From: a virus
Taxonomy: Duplodnaviria > Caudoviricetes
Strand: one strand, 5' to 3'
IMG/VR virus record: IMGVR_UViG_3300025939_000002
Span: 1,435-65,434 of that record
DNA length: 64,000 nucleotides
Below the pieces are notes generated by a model. It was not told the DNA's origin and searched no databases. It saw nothing but the letters and a program-made list of their open reading frames with translations. A program made the position numbers and the translations under genes. Positions 53,987 to 63,347 of this stretch are shown in pieces; position 1 is the first letter of the stretch; each line of letters begins with the position of its first letter.

Positions 53987-54205
53987 CTAGGCTCCGTGCT
54001 TCTCGGCCTGAATCTTGGCCGCCTCTTTGCCGTTGTCGGCGATCCCCTGGCCGACGAGGTAAGCCATGACGAGCTCGACCACCCACTTCTTGCGGTCGGG
54101 GTCGAGGGCGGTGTCGGGGACCAGCGCGATGGCGGCGCCGACGATCGTGGCGGTCAGCTTCTTGTGGCCCCAGCACCAGGCGCGGATGGCGGCGAGCACC
54201 CTCAT
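53987..54205 (-). CDS. holin-like small membrane protein
   Basis: KKLTATIVGAAIAL...LVMAYLVGQGIAD. Confidence 0.55.
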   Translation of the reverse strand: MRVLAAIRAWCWGHKKLTATIVGAAIALVPDTALDPDRKKWVVELVMAYLVGQGIADNGKEAAKIQAEKHGA

Positions 54206-54380
54206 GCCCGGGATCGTCCTGCTGGAGCGGAGGGCGCCCAAGATCGTGCTGCGGGCCCGCGAGTCGAACGCGGTGTCTCCGGTGGTGAACCGGCGGGGTG
54301 CCGTCCCCCTCAGCCCGCACGCAACCCAGGGGCGCGACGGGCGAGGGCTCCCCCGCCGGCCCAGCCCCCGGGCGGCACGC

Positions 54381-54710
54381 TCACCCGGAGGCGATCCGGC
54401 TCGGCCGCTTGCCGAGGGCACGCGTTCTCCATCTGTCGAGGTGGCGCCGGTGCGCCTTGCTGTTCCGCCTCCGACGCGGCGATGCCGCCCGTGGGGCCGG
54501 CGGGTGCCCCACGAAGAACCGGAACTCGGCCCGGCGCTCCAGCGCCTTGAGGGCCTGCCACGTCTCCCGGTCCCCGGGGGTGGCGTGCGGGTCGGCGACG
54601 CAGGCGAAGCCGGCCGAGGGCGCGTCGCACGTGCAGGCGGCCGCCGTCGCCGCCACAGTGATGGTGGAGGTAGTCGCGTTGTACGCGGGCGGCACGTAGT
54701 AGACGGCCAT
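54381..54710 (-). CDS. hypothetical protein
   Basis: TGATG coupling at 54710. Confidence 0.45.
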   Translation of the reverse strand: MAVYYVPPAYNATTSTITVAATAAACTCDAPSAGFACVADPHATPGDRETWQALKALERRAEFRFFVGHPPAPRAASPRRRRNSKAHRRHLDRWRTRALGKRPSRIASG

Positions 54711-54817
54711 CACCGCGGCCACCGCTTCGCGAGGTAGACGATCGCCCAGACGTAGGCCCCCAGGGCGCCGAGGCCGACGCAGGCGAGGCCGCCGAGGATG
54801 CAGAGGGCGACCTTCAC
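54710..54817 (-). CDS. 35-aa single-TM peptide
   Basis: MKVALCILGGLACVGLGALGAYVWAIVYLAKRWPR, read by hand. Confidence 0.5.
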   Translation of the reverse strand: MKVALCILGGLACVGLGALGAYVWAIVYLAKRWPR

Positions 54818-54821
54818 CGGC

Positions 54822-55094
54822 TCAGGCCTTGTCGAAGATCGAGACGCCGTCCCGCGCGTACTGAAGGACCTTCCCGAGTCGCATCCGCGCGTCCTCCAGG
54901 TGGCGGACCGCCAGCATCGACTGGGCGATCATCTCGCCGTGCTGGCCGGGGAAGGCGTCGGCGCCCTGGAAGTCCTCGCGCGCCTTGAACGCGCGCACCG
55001 TCTTCTCGAGGGTGAGCAGCTCGCCGCGAAGCCGGTCGCAGAGCGACTTGAGGTCCTTGAGGCCGGCGCGCAGGAGGTCGGGCTCGGGGTTCAC
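54822..55094 (-). CDS. small helical phage protein
   Basis: MLAVRHLEDARMRLGKVLQ...GVSIFDK. Confidence 0.65.
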   Translation of the reverse strand: MNPEPDLLRAGLKDLKSLCDRLRGELLTLEKTVRAFKAREDFQGADAFPGQHGEMIAQSMLAVRHLEDARMRLGKVLQYARDGVSIFDKA

Positions 55095-55357
55095 GCCAAG
55101 ACCTTGGTGTAGCTGTATTCCAGCTTCACCGAGACGCTGCGGTTCTTCTCCACGCCGTCCTCGGTGTAGCCCGATCCCCCGGCCTCGAGCTTGATCAGGA
55201 TGTCGGTCGGCGCGAAGTTCTGCCGGACCAGCGCCACCAGGTGTGGCGCCGCCGCTTCGTACTCGACCTTGCTCTGCCCGGACAGGCTGCCCGCGTACTC
55301 CTCCAGCGCGGCGGCCACCTTTTCAGGCACTCCGATCATCGACACGCTCCAGCTCAT
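55091..55357 (-). CDS. hypothetical protein
   Basis: AAGGAG RBS. Confidence 0.6.
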   Translation of the reverse strand: MSWSVSMIGVPEKVAAALEEYAGSLSGQSKVEYEAAAPHLVALVRQNFAPTDILIKLEAGGSGYTEDGVEKNRSVSVKLEYSYTKVLA

Positions 55358-55372
55358 GATCGCTCCTTCCGT

Positions 55373-57616
55373 TCAAACGTCTTTGACCGCGGCGAGCTGC
55401 CCGCCGAGGTTCGCCATGATCCGCGCCTTGGCAACGATGCTCGCCAAGCGCTTGGGGTCCATCCCCTTGTAGGCGGTGACGATCCGGTGCCGCAGGTCAT
55501 CCCAGCTCGTCGCCGCGTCGATCTGCTCCTTGATGGCGGCGAGATCCACCGCGAGTGCCCGCGCCGCGAGCTGCTTCGCCCGGTCCGCCACGGCGTCGGC
55601 GTAGAGGCGCGCCCGGCGCTGCCCCGCCGGCGTCCGCAGAGCCCGCAGCGCCGCGACCCGCTGGGCGCTCGCCCGGTTCGCGAAGGCGAGGAGGGCGTCG
55701 ACGGTGTCCTGGTGCTCGGCGAGGGCCTCGGCGGCGAGGGCCGTCGCGCGGATCTTCCCGGTGCCGGTCCGCCGCTTGAGCTTTCGCTTGAAGTCGTCGA
55801 GGGCGATCACCGACATCCCGCCGAAGGCCCCCTCGTCGTTCCGGTGGGCGAGGAACGCCGCCTTCGCCGCGTCGGCCGTCGGGAAGCCCAGGAAGACCTT
55901 GTCCTCGTCGTGCTTCGCGAAGTCGGGGGCGAGCCGCTGGTGGACGACGTAGACGTGGTCGGCCGTGGGGTCGGGCCCGATGTAGCAGTCGAGCTCCTCG
56001 TCGTCGCCCGAGAGGTGGCCCTCGATGTAGCCGTAGTCGTGCTGCATCGTCGTCGAGCCGATGGTCCCGCCGCCGGGGCCGGGCTCGCGCCAGAGGCGGA
56101 TGCTGCCGGCCGGGTTCTCGACGGCGATCGGTAGCCCCTGGAACTCGTAGCGCTTCACGGGGGGCGGCAGGGGGATGCGGGCGGTCACCGAAAGCGCGTC
56201 GCCCTTCGCCGCGGGCGGCGGGGGCGGCCTCCCCTGACCGTCCCCGCCGCCGTTGGCCATGTCGCTCCCCTGTCCAGATCCCTGCTGCATCGCCTCGAGC
56301 CGGGCCTGCGCCTCCTCGGCGGCGACCGCCTTCTGCGCGGCCTCCTCCTCCTCGGTAATCATCGGGACGCCCGCGCGGTCGAGGATCGTCCGCACGTCGA
56401 TGGGCGCCGCGGCGGTCTTCATCGCGTTGAGGGCGTCGCCGAGCATCTTCAGCGCGGTCCCCTCCTGCACCTCGTCGGCGGGCGGCTCGACCTGGTACTC
56501 CGGGCGCGGGGCGAGCTCGGCGTCGCCGTAGTTGTAGAGGGCCCACCAGGTGAGGACCTGCTGGCGGATGCATTCGGCGATGCCGGCGTCCTCGATCGCC
56601 TTGTCGATGCGAACGAGGTTCTGGACCTGGCCCAGCGCCCGGCTGCCGCCGTCGGTGCCGCCCTCGGTGGTGAGGTTCTGCCCGAGGACGGCGATGGCGA
56701 TGTCGACGTCCAGCTCCTTCTTGAACTGCTGGAACGTCTCCCAGTTCCGGGTCTTCGACTCGATCATCTCCATCCCGAACGAGGCGCCCTCGCCCTCGTC
56801 CATCTGGGGCAGCTCGAGGACGGCGTCGGAGCCGATGTTGGCGATGTCGCGGACGAACTTGTCCTTGATCTTCTCGTCGGCGGTGACGGGCACCTTCGCG
56901 CCGAAGGTCGCCATCCCTTGGCGCTCGTTCGACCGCGCCCAGTCGCGGTAGTCCCAGCCGCGCATCAGGTACTTGTCGGCGAGGGCGCGGACGAGGCCGT
57001 CGAGCCAGCCGTACTGGTAGCCGTAGGGCGTCCAAAGCACCCAGTTGCCGTCGCTCATGGGCTCCATGTCGACGCGAGGGAGGCGGACGATCCCCTCGCG
57101 CGCGACGACCACGTACTGCATCTCGCCCGCGTCCCAGTAGAGGAACTGCGGGTGCCAGACCCGCAGGCGCGGCAGCCACTCGCCGGCCGACGTCTGCCAG
57201 ACGATCTGGGCTATGCCGATGCCGAGGGCGTTGCCCCAGGCCGACAGCGACTTGATCACCGCGGGGGGGCAGATCCGCTCCCACAAGCCGTGCTCGTCCT
57301 CGCCGTCGCCCGAGAGCTCCTTGGCGGCCCGCGCCGCCTTCGCCTTGCCGTTGGCCGGCTTGATCTCAAGGGGGGCGGCGACGAGGGCCCCGACCCGGGT
57401 GGCGGTGACGCCGCGGATGCGGTCGTCGCGCTTCATCGCGTCCCACAACTTCGCCGAGTTGCCGAACTGCCCGAGGTCGTGCTGCCACAGGACGCTTTGA
57501 ATGCCCGCGACCGTGTCGACGCCGGCGATGGTGGATATCGGGACGTCCGTGAACGCTTGGCGGCGCGGCGCGGGCACTATGCGCCGATGATCCGGCGGGC
57601 CCCGAGGCGCCTCCAC
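55373..57616 (-). CDS. portal protein (DUF935, Mu gp29-like) with inserted InPase-like domain
   Basis: WARSNERQG; IAVLGQNLTT; GSRALGQVQ; extra domain about 55775-56157. Confidence 0.88.
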   Translation of the reverse strand: MEAPRGPPDHRRIVPAPRRQAFTDVPISTIAGVDTVAGIQSVLWQHDLGQFGNSAKLWDAMKRDDRIRGVTATRVGALVAAPLEIKPANGKAKAARAAKELSGDGEDEHGLWERICPPAVIKSLSAWGNALGIGIAQIVWQTSAGEWLPRLRVWHPQFLYWDAGEMQYVVVAREGIVRLPRVDMEPMSDGNWVLWTPYGYQYGWLDGLVRALADKYLMRGWDYRDWARSNERQGMATFGAKVPVTADEKIKDKFVRDIANIGSDAVLELPQMDEGEGASFGMEMIESKTRNWETFQQFKKELDVDIAIAVLGQNLTTEGGTDGGSRALGQVQNLVRIDKAIEDAGIAECIRQQVLTWWALYNYGDAELAPRPEYQVEPPADEVQEGTALKMLGDALNAMKTAAAPIDVRTILDRAGVPMITEEEEAAQKAVAAEEAQARLEAMQQGSGQGSDMANGGGDGQGRPPPPPAAKGDALSVTARIPLPPPVKRYEFQGLPIAVENPAGSIRLWREPGPGGGTIGSTTMQHDYGYIEGHLSGDDEELDCYIGPDPTADHVYVVHQRLAPDFAKHDEDKVFLGFPTADAAKAAFLAHRNDEGAFGGMSVIALDDFKRKLKRRTGTGKIRATALAAEALAEHQDTVDALLAFANRASAQRVAALRALRTPAGQRRARLYADAVADRAKQLAARALAVDLAAIKEQIDAATSWDDLRHRIVTAYKGMDPKRLASIVAKARIMANLGGQLAAVKDV

Positions 57617-57617
57617 T

Positions 57618-59066
57618 TCAGATGCGGCGGGGTCGCAGCGGCCCCTCGCGGCTCGTCCCCGTGATGGCCTTCTGGTACCCGGTGTTCCAGGCGTGAGCGA
57701 GGGCGTCGACCTGGTCGTCGTGCGCGTCCTTGACGCCGGTGAACCGGGAGATCTCGGCGAGGAAGTCCTTCAGCCACTTTACCGGCTGCGCCTGGGTGGG
57801 AATGGGCACGAGGACCCGCCCGCCGTTCCAGGCGGCGGCCACGGGCTGCGCCCGCTGGAACTTGTCGCCGAGGGCGGTGATCTCCTTGATGCGCAGCTCG
57901 GGGTCGGCCTCGCGGAGGAGCTGCGGGACCACCTTGAAGGCGCCGTTGGACTCGACGGCGACCTTCGGGTTGCCGTAGCGGATCTGCCAGGCGCGCAGGT
58001 CCCGCGCGAACTGCGGGATGGTCACCTGCTCCCGGTAGAAGTCGAGGACGTAGGCGCGGGTGTCGATCCCGCGGCCGACCATCGCGAGGACGCAGATCGT
58101 GCTGTAGTCGGCGGTGGTGTCGTCGCTGGCGGCCTCGTCGGAGGCGAGGATGATTCGGCAGCCGGTAAGGTCGAGGCGGCTCTGGTCGTAGTAGTGCTCG
58201 GTCCCGAACACCGTCGCGCCGCGCGGGATGGGCCGGCCCTGGTAGAGGGCCGAGAACTCGAACTCGCCGATCTCGCCCCGAATCTCGGTGAACTCCTTGA
58301 CCGGGTACATCGAGGGCCAGAGCGCCTCGCCGGGCTCGCGGCCGAGGGGGTCGTCGCCGCCCGCGAGGGCGGGGAGGTTGATCACCTCCCAGCCGTCCTT
58401 TTCGGCGAGGCGGCCGATGAGGTCGTCCTGATGCCAGCGGGTCTGGACGATGAGGATCGAGGCGTTCTCGATGCGGGTCCGCGCGACCGTCGTGTAGAAC
58501 GACCAGACCGCCTCGCGGTTCGCCTCGCTGTTCGCGTCCTGCCTGGACTTGAAGGGGTCGTCGAAGACGCAGAGGCCGGTGATGCGCTGGCCGGTGACCC
58601 GGCCATCGACGCCGGCGGCGAGGAGGCCCCCGCCGTCGGTCGTGCGCCACTCGGCGCCCGACCACGTGTAGGGGTCGAGCTCGACGCCCGCCTCCTCGGC
58701 GATCTGTCGGGCGATCTTCGACTTGCCCCAGGCCTGCCGGTCGGCGTACGAAAGGTACGCGCAGGTGTCGGAGGGGGTCGCGGCGAGCCACCACGCGATA
58801 GCGCGCAGGATGGTCAGCGTCTTCGCGTGACCGGGCGGCATCGAGATGCAGGCGCGCACCCGCTCGCGGCGGGCGCGCTCGAGGAGCTCGATCAGGGGGG
58901 CGAGGTGGCGCGGGACGGGCGCGTGCTCGGGCGCCGTGCGCTCGATGAACTCCCGGAGGGACTCGCGCCCGCCGGCAAGCTCGGCGTCGATGGCCTGGAG
59001 GCGGCGGATCTCCGCGGGGGTCAGACCGTCGAGATCGTCGTCGGCGGTCTCAGGCCGGGCCGCCAT
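57618..59066 (-). CDS. terL: terminase large subunit
   Basis: ISMPPGHAKT; CVFDDPFK; QTRWHQDDL; ASDEA; HDDQVDA. Confidence 0.93.
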   Translation of the reverse strand: MAARPETADDDLDGLTPAEIRRLQAIDAELAGGRESLREFIERTAPEHAPVPRHLAPLIELLERARRERVRACISMPPGHAKTLTILRAIAWWLAATPSDTCAYLSYADRQAWGKSKIARQIAEEAGVELDPYTWSGAEWRTTDGGGLLAAGVDGRVTGQRITGLCVFDDPFKSRQDANSEANREAVWSFYTTVARTRIENASILIVQTRWHQDDLIGRLAEKDGWEVINLPALAGGDDPLGREPGEALWPSMYPVKEFTEIRGEIGEFEFSALYQGRPIPRGATVFGTEHYYDQSRLDLTGCRIILASDEAASDDTTADYSTICVLAMVGRGIDTRAYVLDFYREQVTIPQFARDLRAWQIRYGNPKVAVESNGAFKVVPQLLREADPELRIKEITALGDKFQRAQPVAAAWNGGRVLVPIPTQAQPVKWLKDFLAEISRFTGVKDAHDDQVDALAHAWNTGYQKAITGTSREGPLRPRRI

Positions 59067-59091
59067 TCACGCGGCCCGGCGGCCAAGCCGT

Positions 59092-59310
59092 TCACCGCTG
59101 GCGCAGGGAGGCGGCGACCTTCGCGGCCCGGGCCTTCTCGCGCTCGATGCGGGCCGGCGCCGACGCCCGCCAGCCGGCGAGGAGAGCGTCGCCCTCCTTG
59201 CCCACCAGGACGTGCCCGAGCTTCTCCTCGAAGTGGATCTGGATCGTGCGGAAGTCCGCCCCCTTCGTTGCGAGCCGGCAGGCCTCTTCCGCGATCGCCC
59301 GTTCATCCAT
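59092..59310 (-). CDS. hypothetical protein
   Basis: 72-aa ORF overlapping the methylase stop. Confidence 0.5.
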   Translation of the reverse strand: MDERAIAEEACRLATKGADFRTIQIHFEEKLGHVLVGKEGDALLAGWRASAPARIEREKARAAKVAASLRQR

Positions 59311-61831
59311 TCCCAGACTGTAAGGAGGCGGCCGGATCCTGCTCCAGGGGAATCGCGGAGAGCGGCAAGTCCATTGCGATTCTCCCGCCAGCGTCGGCGG
59401 CCCGGCGTGGATCGCCCTTGCAAAAGACGAGGACGTTCTGGTGGGTCTTGCCGAGCTTGCGCGACGTCTCGAACTGCTTTCCGGTTCGAAGCGGCAAGCT
59501 CCCGACGGCGGTGACCAGGACGGCCTCGTTGTAGAGGCGGGCGCCCGCCGCCTCGAACGCCGCGATCGTCTCGCTTACGAAGCCGCGATAGAAGCCCTTC
59601 TTGTCGCGAACGTCGCCGACGCAAAAGCAGGCGAAGCGGTCGTCGCGCAGGCGCCCGACGGCCGCGGCGATGATTTGCCGGTAGGCCTCCACGAACGCCG
59701 GGTAGTCCATCGTCGACAGATCCCGGGGGTCGTCGCTGTAGACCTCGAGATCGGCGTACGGGGGACACGAGAAGACGAGGTCAGCAGCGAAGTCCGCCGG
59801 CAGAACCTTCGCCAACTCGCGGGCGTCGGCTACGTGCCAGACGGGCATCGGCGCGGCGATCACCGTCGGCAGGGACGGCGCCCCGGCCCCGGGCGCCCCG
59901 GCGTCAACCGATCGGCGGGCGAGGAAATAGAGGCAGTCGCCCTCCTCGGCGAAGGCGGCGAGCTTGCCCTCGTAGTAGGGATCGCATGGGACGCCATCGA
60001 TGGCGTCGAACGGGACGCGGGCCTCGTAGTCCATCCCCGACGGGACGAGCCTGACCCGCTTGCGCCAGCCGGCGGGCGCGTGGCGGTCGAGGACCTTCGA
60101 GGGGTCCTTGCCGATGCAGACCCCCAGGACGGGGACGGAGCTGCGGCCGGCGTCGTCGAGGCCGTGCAGGATGGCCGCGAGGCCCGTACCCGAGCCGACG
60201 GCCACCACGATCCGCCGAGCGTCGGGGGGGAGGTTGGCGGCCTGGGGCCGGTTGGCCGCGATGTAGTCGAAGCTCTCGAGGCCGAGCTCGAGGAACCGCC
60301 AGCCGCGCCGCTTGGCGTCCGCCCGGGCCTTCGTCTGAAGGGGGGCGAGGTAGGTGACGTCGCCCTTGATGACCTCCGCCCCGTGCGCCTTGGCGTCGAT
60401 CTCCTGGTCGGTCCAACTCTTCGACTTCGCTGTCCAGACCCGGCAGGGGATGCCGGCGGCCTCGGCGAGGCGGGCGGTGCGCGAGACCATCGGCGAGTGC
60501 CGGTTGCCGGCCGTAACGAACCCGGCGGCGCCCTGGGCGAGGATCCGCCCGGCGCGGGCCTTCGACCCGCGAACGCCATTGAGGACGAAGGCATCGTCGC
60601 GCTTGATCCATACCCGGGCGCCCGAGGGCATCCTCGCGCGGACCACCGGCGTAAGCGCGGCGGGGTCGGTTACGTCGCCGGCGCGGTCGTGGTCGATCGT
60701 CGGCAGGGACGACGGCTGCACGCCGGGGCGGCTGAGGATGCTGCGGCCCTGCTCGCGGTTGGCCTCGACCTGTTCGGGGCGAAGCTCGATCCCGACGTAC
60801 TGGCGGCCGAGCTTGGCGGCGACGATGCCGCGAACCGAGCCGCCGGCGAAGGGGTCGAGGATCACGCCGCCGGGAGGCGAGAACCACGAGTAGGCGAGCT
60901 CGCAGAGGACGGGGTCGAAGATGGACGTGCCGGACTGAGGCTGGGCCTCTAGAATCTTCCGGCTCGTGTCGTCGAGGGCGTCAGGGTCCCGGGCGCCCGC
61001 CACCCAGGTGAGGCGGTTCTGTCCCACCACGTGCTCGCCCCGCATGAGGTCTTGTCCGGAGGTCCGGGCAAGACCTCGCCCCTTGCCGTCGCCCCGGACC
61101 GTCTTGCCGTCCCTGCCGAGGCTTGCCGCGGGACGAGGCGAGCCTCCCGGCGATGCGCGCTTGCCGCCGCGGTTTCCCGCCCACGGGGAGGCACCTCCGT
61201 CCTCGGAGGTGCCTCCCGCGATGATCGCGTCGCCCCGCCCCAGCTCGCTCTTGATCCCCAGCGCCAGCCACGCCCGCTTCCGGTCCTGCCAGTAGCCCTG
61301 GCGGGCGTCGAGGACCGAGAACGGCGGGATGCCGAAGCGCTCGGCGAGCGCGCCGGCGCCGGTCCCGGGCGCCGCTTCGGGCTCGGGTAGCCCGGCCTCG
61401 AGCGTCGCCTGCAGGGCGTCGAGGCGCAGGCCTGCGTAGTCGACGTCGTCGTCGATCGCCTTGAGCTGGGCGAGGGCCTCGGGGGTGTATTCGCCCTGGA
61501 GGTGCGGGTTGTTCGCGACGAGGTTCGCCGCCCGCTGCTTCGAAGGATCCCAGTCGACGATGCGGATCGGGAACTCCGCGCCCGTCTTCGGGTGGGCGAT
61601 CATCCCTCGGGTCTTCGACAGCCGGCGCCAGGTCTTCGCCCCCGCGGCCCGGAGCTGCGCCATCCGCTGGTGCCCCGCCACGAACTCCCCCGTCCGCTCG
61701 TTCCAGGTGATCCCGGCGATGTCGTCGAAGGTTTCCATCGACACCCCGAGGCCGGTCGCCGCCTCGGGCTTCATGACGCGGGGGTTGGCGGGGTCCGGCT
61801 TGAGCAGCTCGATCGATTCTTCCTTCGCCAT
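59303..61831 (-). CDS. ParB-N + DNA amino-methyltransferase with inserted PLP-dependent (PALP/ACC deaminase-like) domain
   Basis: ParB: PANPR...VAGHQR. MTase motif I: LDPFAGGS...GIEL. PALP insert: LTP..IKRDD..GSKAR, AVGSGTG, DPYYEGK. MTase motif IV: FSCPPY. Confidence 0.85.
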   Translation of the reverse strand: MAKEESIELLKPDPANPRVMKPEAATGLGVSMETFDDIAGITWNERTGEFVAGHQRMAQLRAAGAKTWRRLSKTRGMIAHPKTGAEFPIRIVDWDPSKQRAANLVANNPHLQGEYTPEALAQLKAIDDDVDYAGLRLDALQATLEAGLPEPEAAPGTGAGALAERFGIPPFSVLDARQGYWQDRKRAWLALGIKSELGRGDAIIAGGTSEDGGASPWAGNRGGKRASPGGSPRPAASLGRDGKTVRGDGKGRGLARTSGQDLMRGEHVVGQNRLTWVAGARDPDALDDTSRKILEAQPQSGTSIFDPVLCELAYSWFSPPGGVILDPFAGGSVRGIVAAKLGRQYVGIELRPEQVEANREQGRSILSRPGVQPSSLPTIDHDRAGDVTDPAALTPVVRARMPSGARVWIKRDDAFVLNGVRGSKARAGRILAQGAAGFVTAGNRHSPMVSRTARLAEAAGIPCRVWTAKSKSWTDQEIDAKAHGAEVIKGDVTYLAPLQTKARADAKRRGWRFLELGLESFDYIAANRPQAANLPPDARRIVVAVGSGTGLAAILHGLDDAGRSSVPVLGVCIGKDPSKVLDRHAPAGWRKRVRLVPSGMDYEARVPFDAIDGVPCDPYYEGKLAAFAEEGDCLYFLARRSVDAGAPGAGAPSLPTVIAAPMPVWHVADARELAKVLPADFAADLVFSCPPYADLEVYSDDPRDLSTMDYPAFVEAYRQIIAAAVGRLRDDRFACFCVGDVRDKKGFYRGFVSETIAAFEAAGARLYNEAVLVTAVGSLPLRTGKQFETSRKLGKTHQNVLVFCKGDPRRAADAGGRIAMDLPLSAIPLEQDPAASLQSGNG

Positions 61832-61835
61832 CAGG

Positions 61836-62402
61836 TCAGGTCTCCTCTGGCTCGCCGGGCGGGTGAACGCCGTTGACGCCGTTGGCGCCGTTCGACTGCG
61901 TGGCGGCGCTCGTCTTCGCGGCCAGGTACGCCTCGCGCTTCTCGAGGATGGCCGCGAGCTCCCTGCGCAGCTCGCCCGTTGTGGGCCGGCGCCGGGCCGG
62001 GGTCGCGTCGGCGCTGGTGATGGGCCCGCCGTCGGGGCCGCTCATCTCGAGACGCTCCTTGGGCTTGCCGAAGTAGTACGCCGCGCAGATCTCGAGCAGG
62101 CGGACGTGGTCCTTCCGGCGGACGTCCATGGCGCTGGTGTAGAGCCGTTCGAGGAGGGCCACGCGGCGCTGGACCTCGACGACCTGGCCGTCCTTCGTGG
62201 TGCCGCGCACCACGGCCTCGAAGAACGCGTCGAGCACGGCGTCGCGTTTCGGCCGGCCGTGTCCCACCCCTGCGCGGTTGCCCTTCTCGAAGCGGCCTCG
62301 CCCCCCATCGCGACGCCGCGAACTGGGCGCCGCTGTAGGCGATGGTGCGGCTCCGCTTTCCGGCCGCTTTCCGCGCGTGCCGCCGCCCTCGCCGTCAGGC
62401 AT
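61836..62402 (-). CDS. terS: terminase small subunit-like (DUF5681-type)
   Basis: GRFEKGNRAG..GRPK; LEMSGPDGGPI; upstream of terL. Confidence 0.65.
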   Translation of the reverse strand: MPDGEGGGTRGKRPESGAAPSPTAAPSSRRRDGGRGRFEKGNRAGVGHGRPKRDAVLDAFFEAVVRGTTKDGQVVEVQRRVALLERLYTSAMDVRRKDHVRLLEICAAYYFGKPKERLEMSGPDGGPITSADATPARRRPTTGELRRELAAILEKREAYLAAKTSAATQSNGANGVNGVHPPGEPEET

Positions 62403-62658
62403 GGCGCACCCCGCAGCGCCGGCACCGAGACGGTGGCGGCGGTTCGGCCGGCTCGGGAAGGTCGACCAGCTCGTTGGTCTCCCGGTTCCACGCGCAAGGC
62501 GGCGAGGTCCCCAGGATGACCCAGCCGGCGCGGTTGACGTTCGCCACCAGCCGCTCGACCGCCTCCATCGAGCCGGCGTGGACCTTCCCGTCGGGCCCGA
62601 CGCGCACGTCGTGCTTCGGCAGGAACCGATCGATGATGACGTCCACGCCGCCGTTCAT
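62395..62658 (-). CDS. hypothetical protein
   Basis: ATGA overlap at 62655-62658. Confidence 0.5.
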   Translation of the reverse strand: MNGGVDVIIDRFLPKHDVRVGPDGKVHAGSMEAVERLVANVNRAGWVILGTSPPCAWNRETNELVDLPEPAEPPPPSRCRRCGVRHA

Positions 62659-63347
62659 TCGCCGCCTCCCCCGAGGAGACCGGCCACGGCCTCGTCCCCC
62701 AACTTCGCCCGCGCCTCGGCGAGGACATCGAGCTCGAGCTGCCGGGCGCCCTCCAGCGAGATGTTGAAGCAGCGCCCCAGCTTCTCGAGGGTGACCCCGT
62801 CGTCGTTGCGGTCGGCGATGTCGAGGGAGCACGAGTCGCGCATCTCCCACGGCTCGAGGTGCGGGAAGTTCAGCTTGATCCAGCCCCGTTCGCTGACGTC
62901 GAGGTAGAGATGGTGCCGGCAGGTCACCCAAGGGCACGGGCGGGGGCCGTCGATGCACTCGGCGCGGGTGGCGGGCCGGCGCAGGCGGGCCTCGGGGACC
63001 ACGTCCGCGGGCGGGGCGGCGTCGAGCTGGCGGCGGGCCTCGGCGGCGAGGACCTCGCGGCGGGAGAGGCGCCGGGCGGGGACGCTCATCGGCCTTGGTG
63101 CTTCGCTCCATTTCCGATCGGGCGCGGGGTGGGCCCAGCGCCCCACGCCGGCGAGCAGCTCCTCGGGCCAGAAGTCGCCCTGAAAGGCGTTGCGGTTGGC
63201 CGGGGGCGTCCCCCCGGCGGCTCCCGGAGCGCCGCTCCTGGCCGCAGCCAGCGCGCTACGGGCCCATGCCCGGGCGAAGTCGGCGCTGGCGAGGCCCCAG
63301 TCGACCGGGGCGCCGACGACCTGCTGCATGAAGAGTTGGCGCATCAT
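62655..63347 (-). CDS. sigma70 region-4-like HTH protein, copy 2 (domain starts about 63089)
   Basis: RPATRAECIDGPRPCPWVTCRHHLYLDV...VTLEKLGRCFNISLEGARQLE. Confidence 0.75.
   Translation of the reverse strand: MMRQLFMQQVVGAPVDWGLASADFARAWARSALAAARSGAPGAAGGTPPANRNAFQGDFWPEELLAGVGRWAHPAPDRKWSEAPRPMSVPARRLSRREVLAAEARRQLDAAPPADVVPEARLRRPATRAECIDGPRPCPWVTCRHHLYLDVSERGWIKLNFPHLEPWEMRDSCSLDIADRNDDGVTLEKLGRCFNISLEGARQLELDVLAEARAKLGDEAVAGLLGGGGE

Noticed and set aside
59912-60670. Intein in the methyltransferase
   Set aside because: No Cys/Ser start, His-Asn end or LAGLIDADG motif; the insert has PLP-enzyme motifs.
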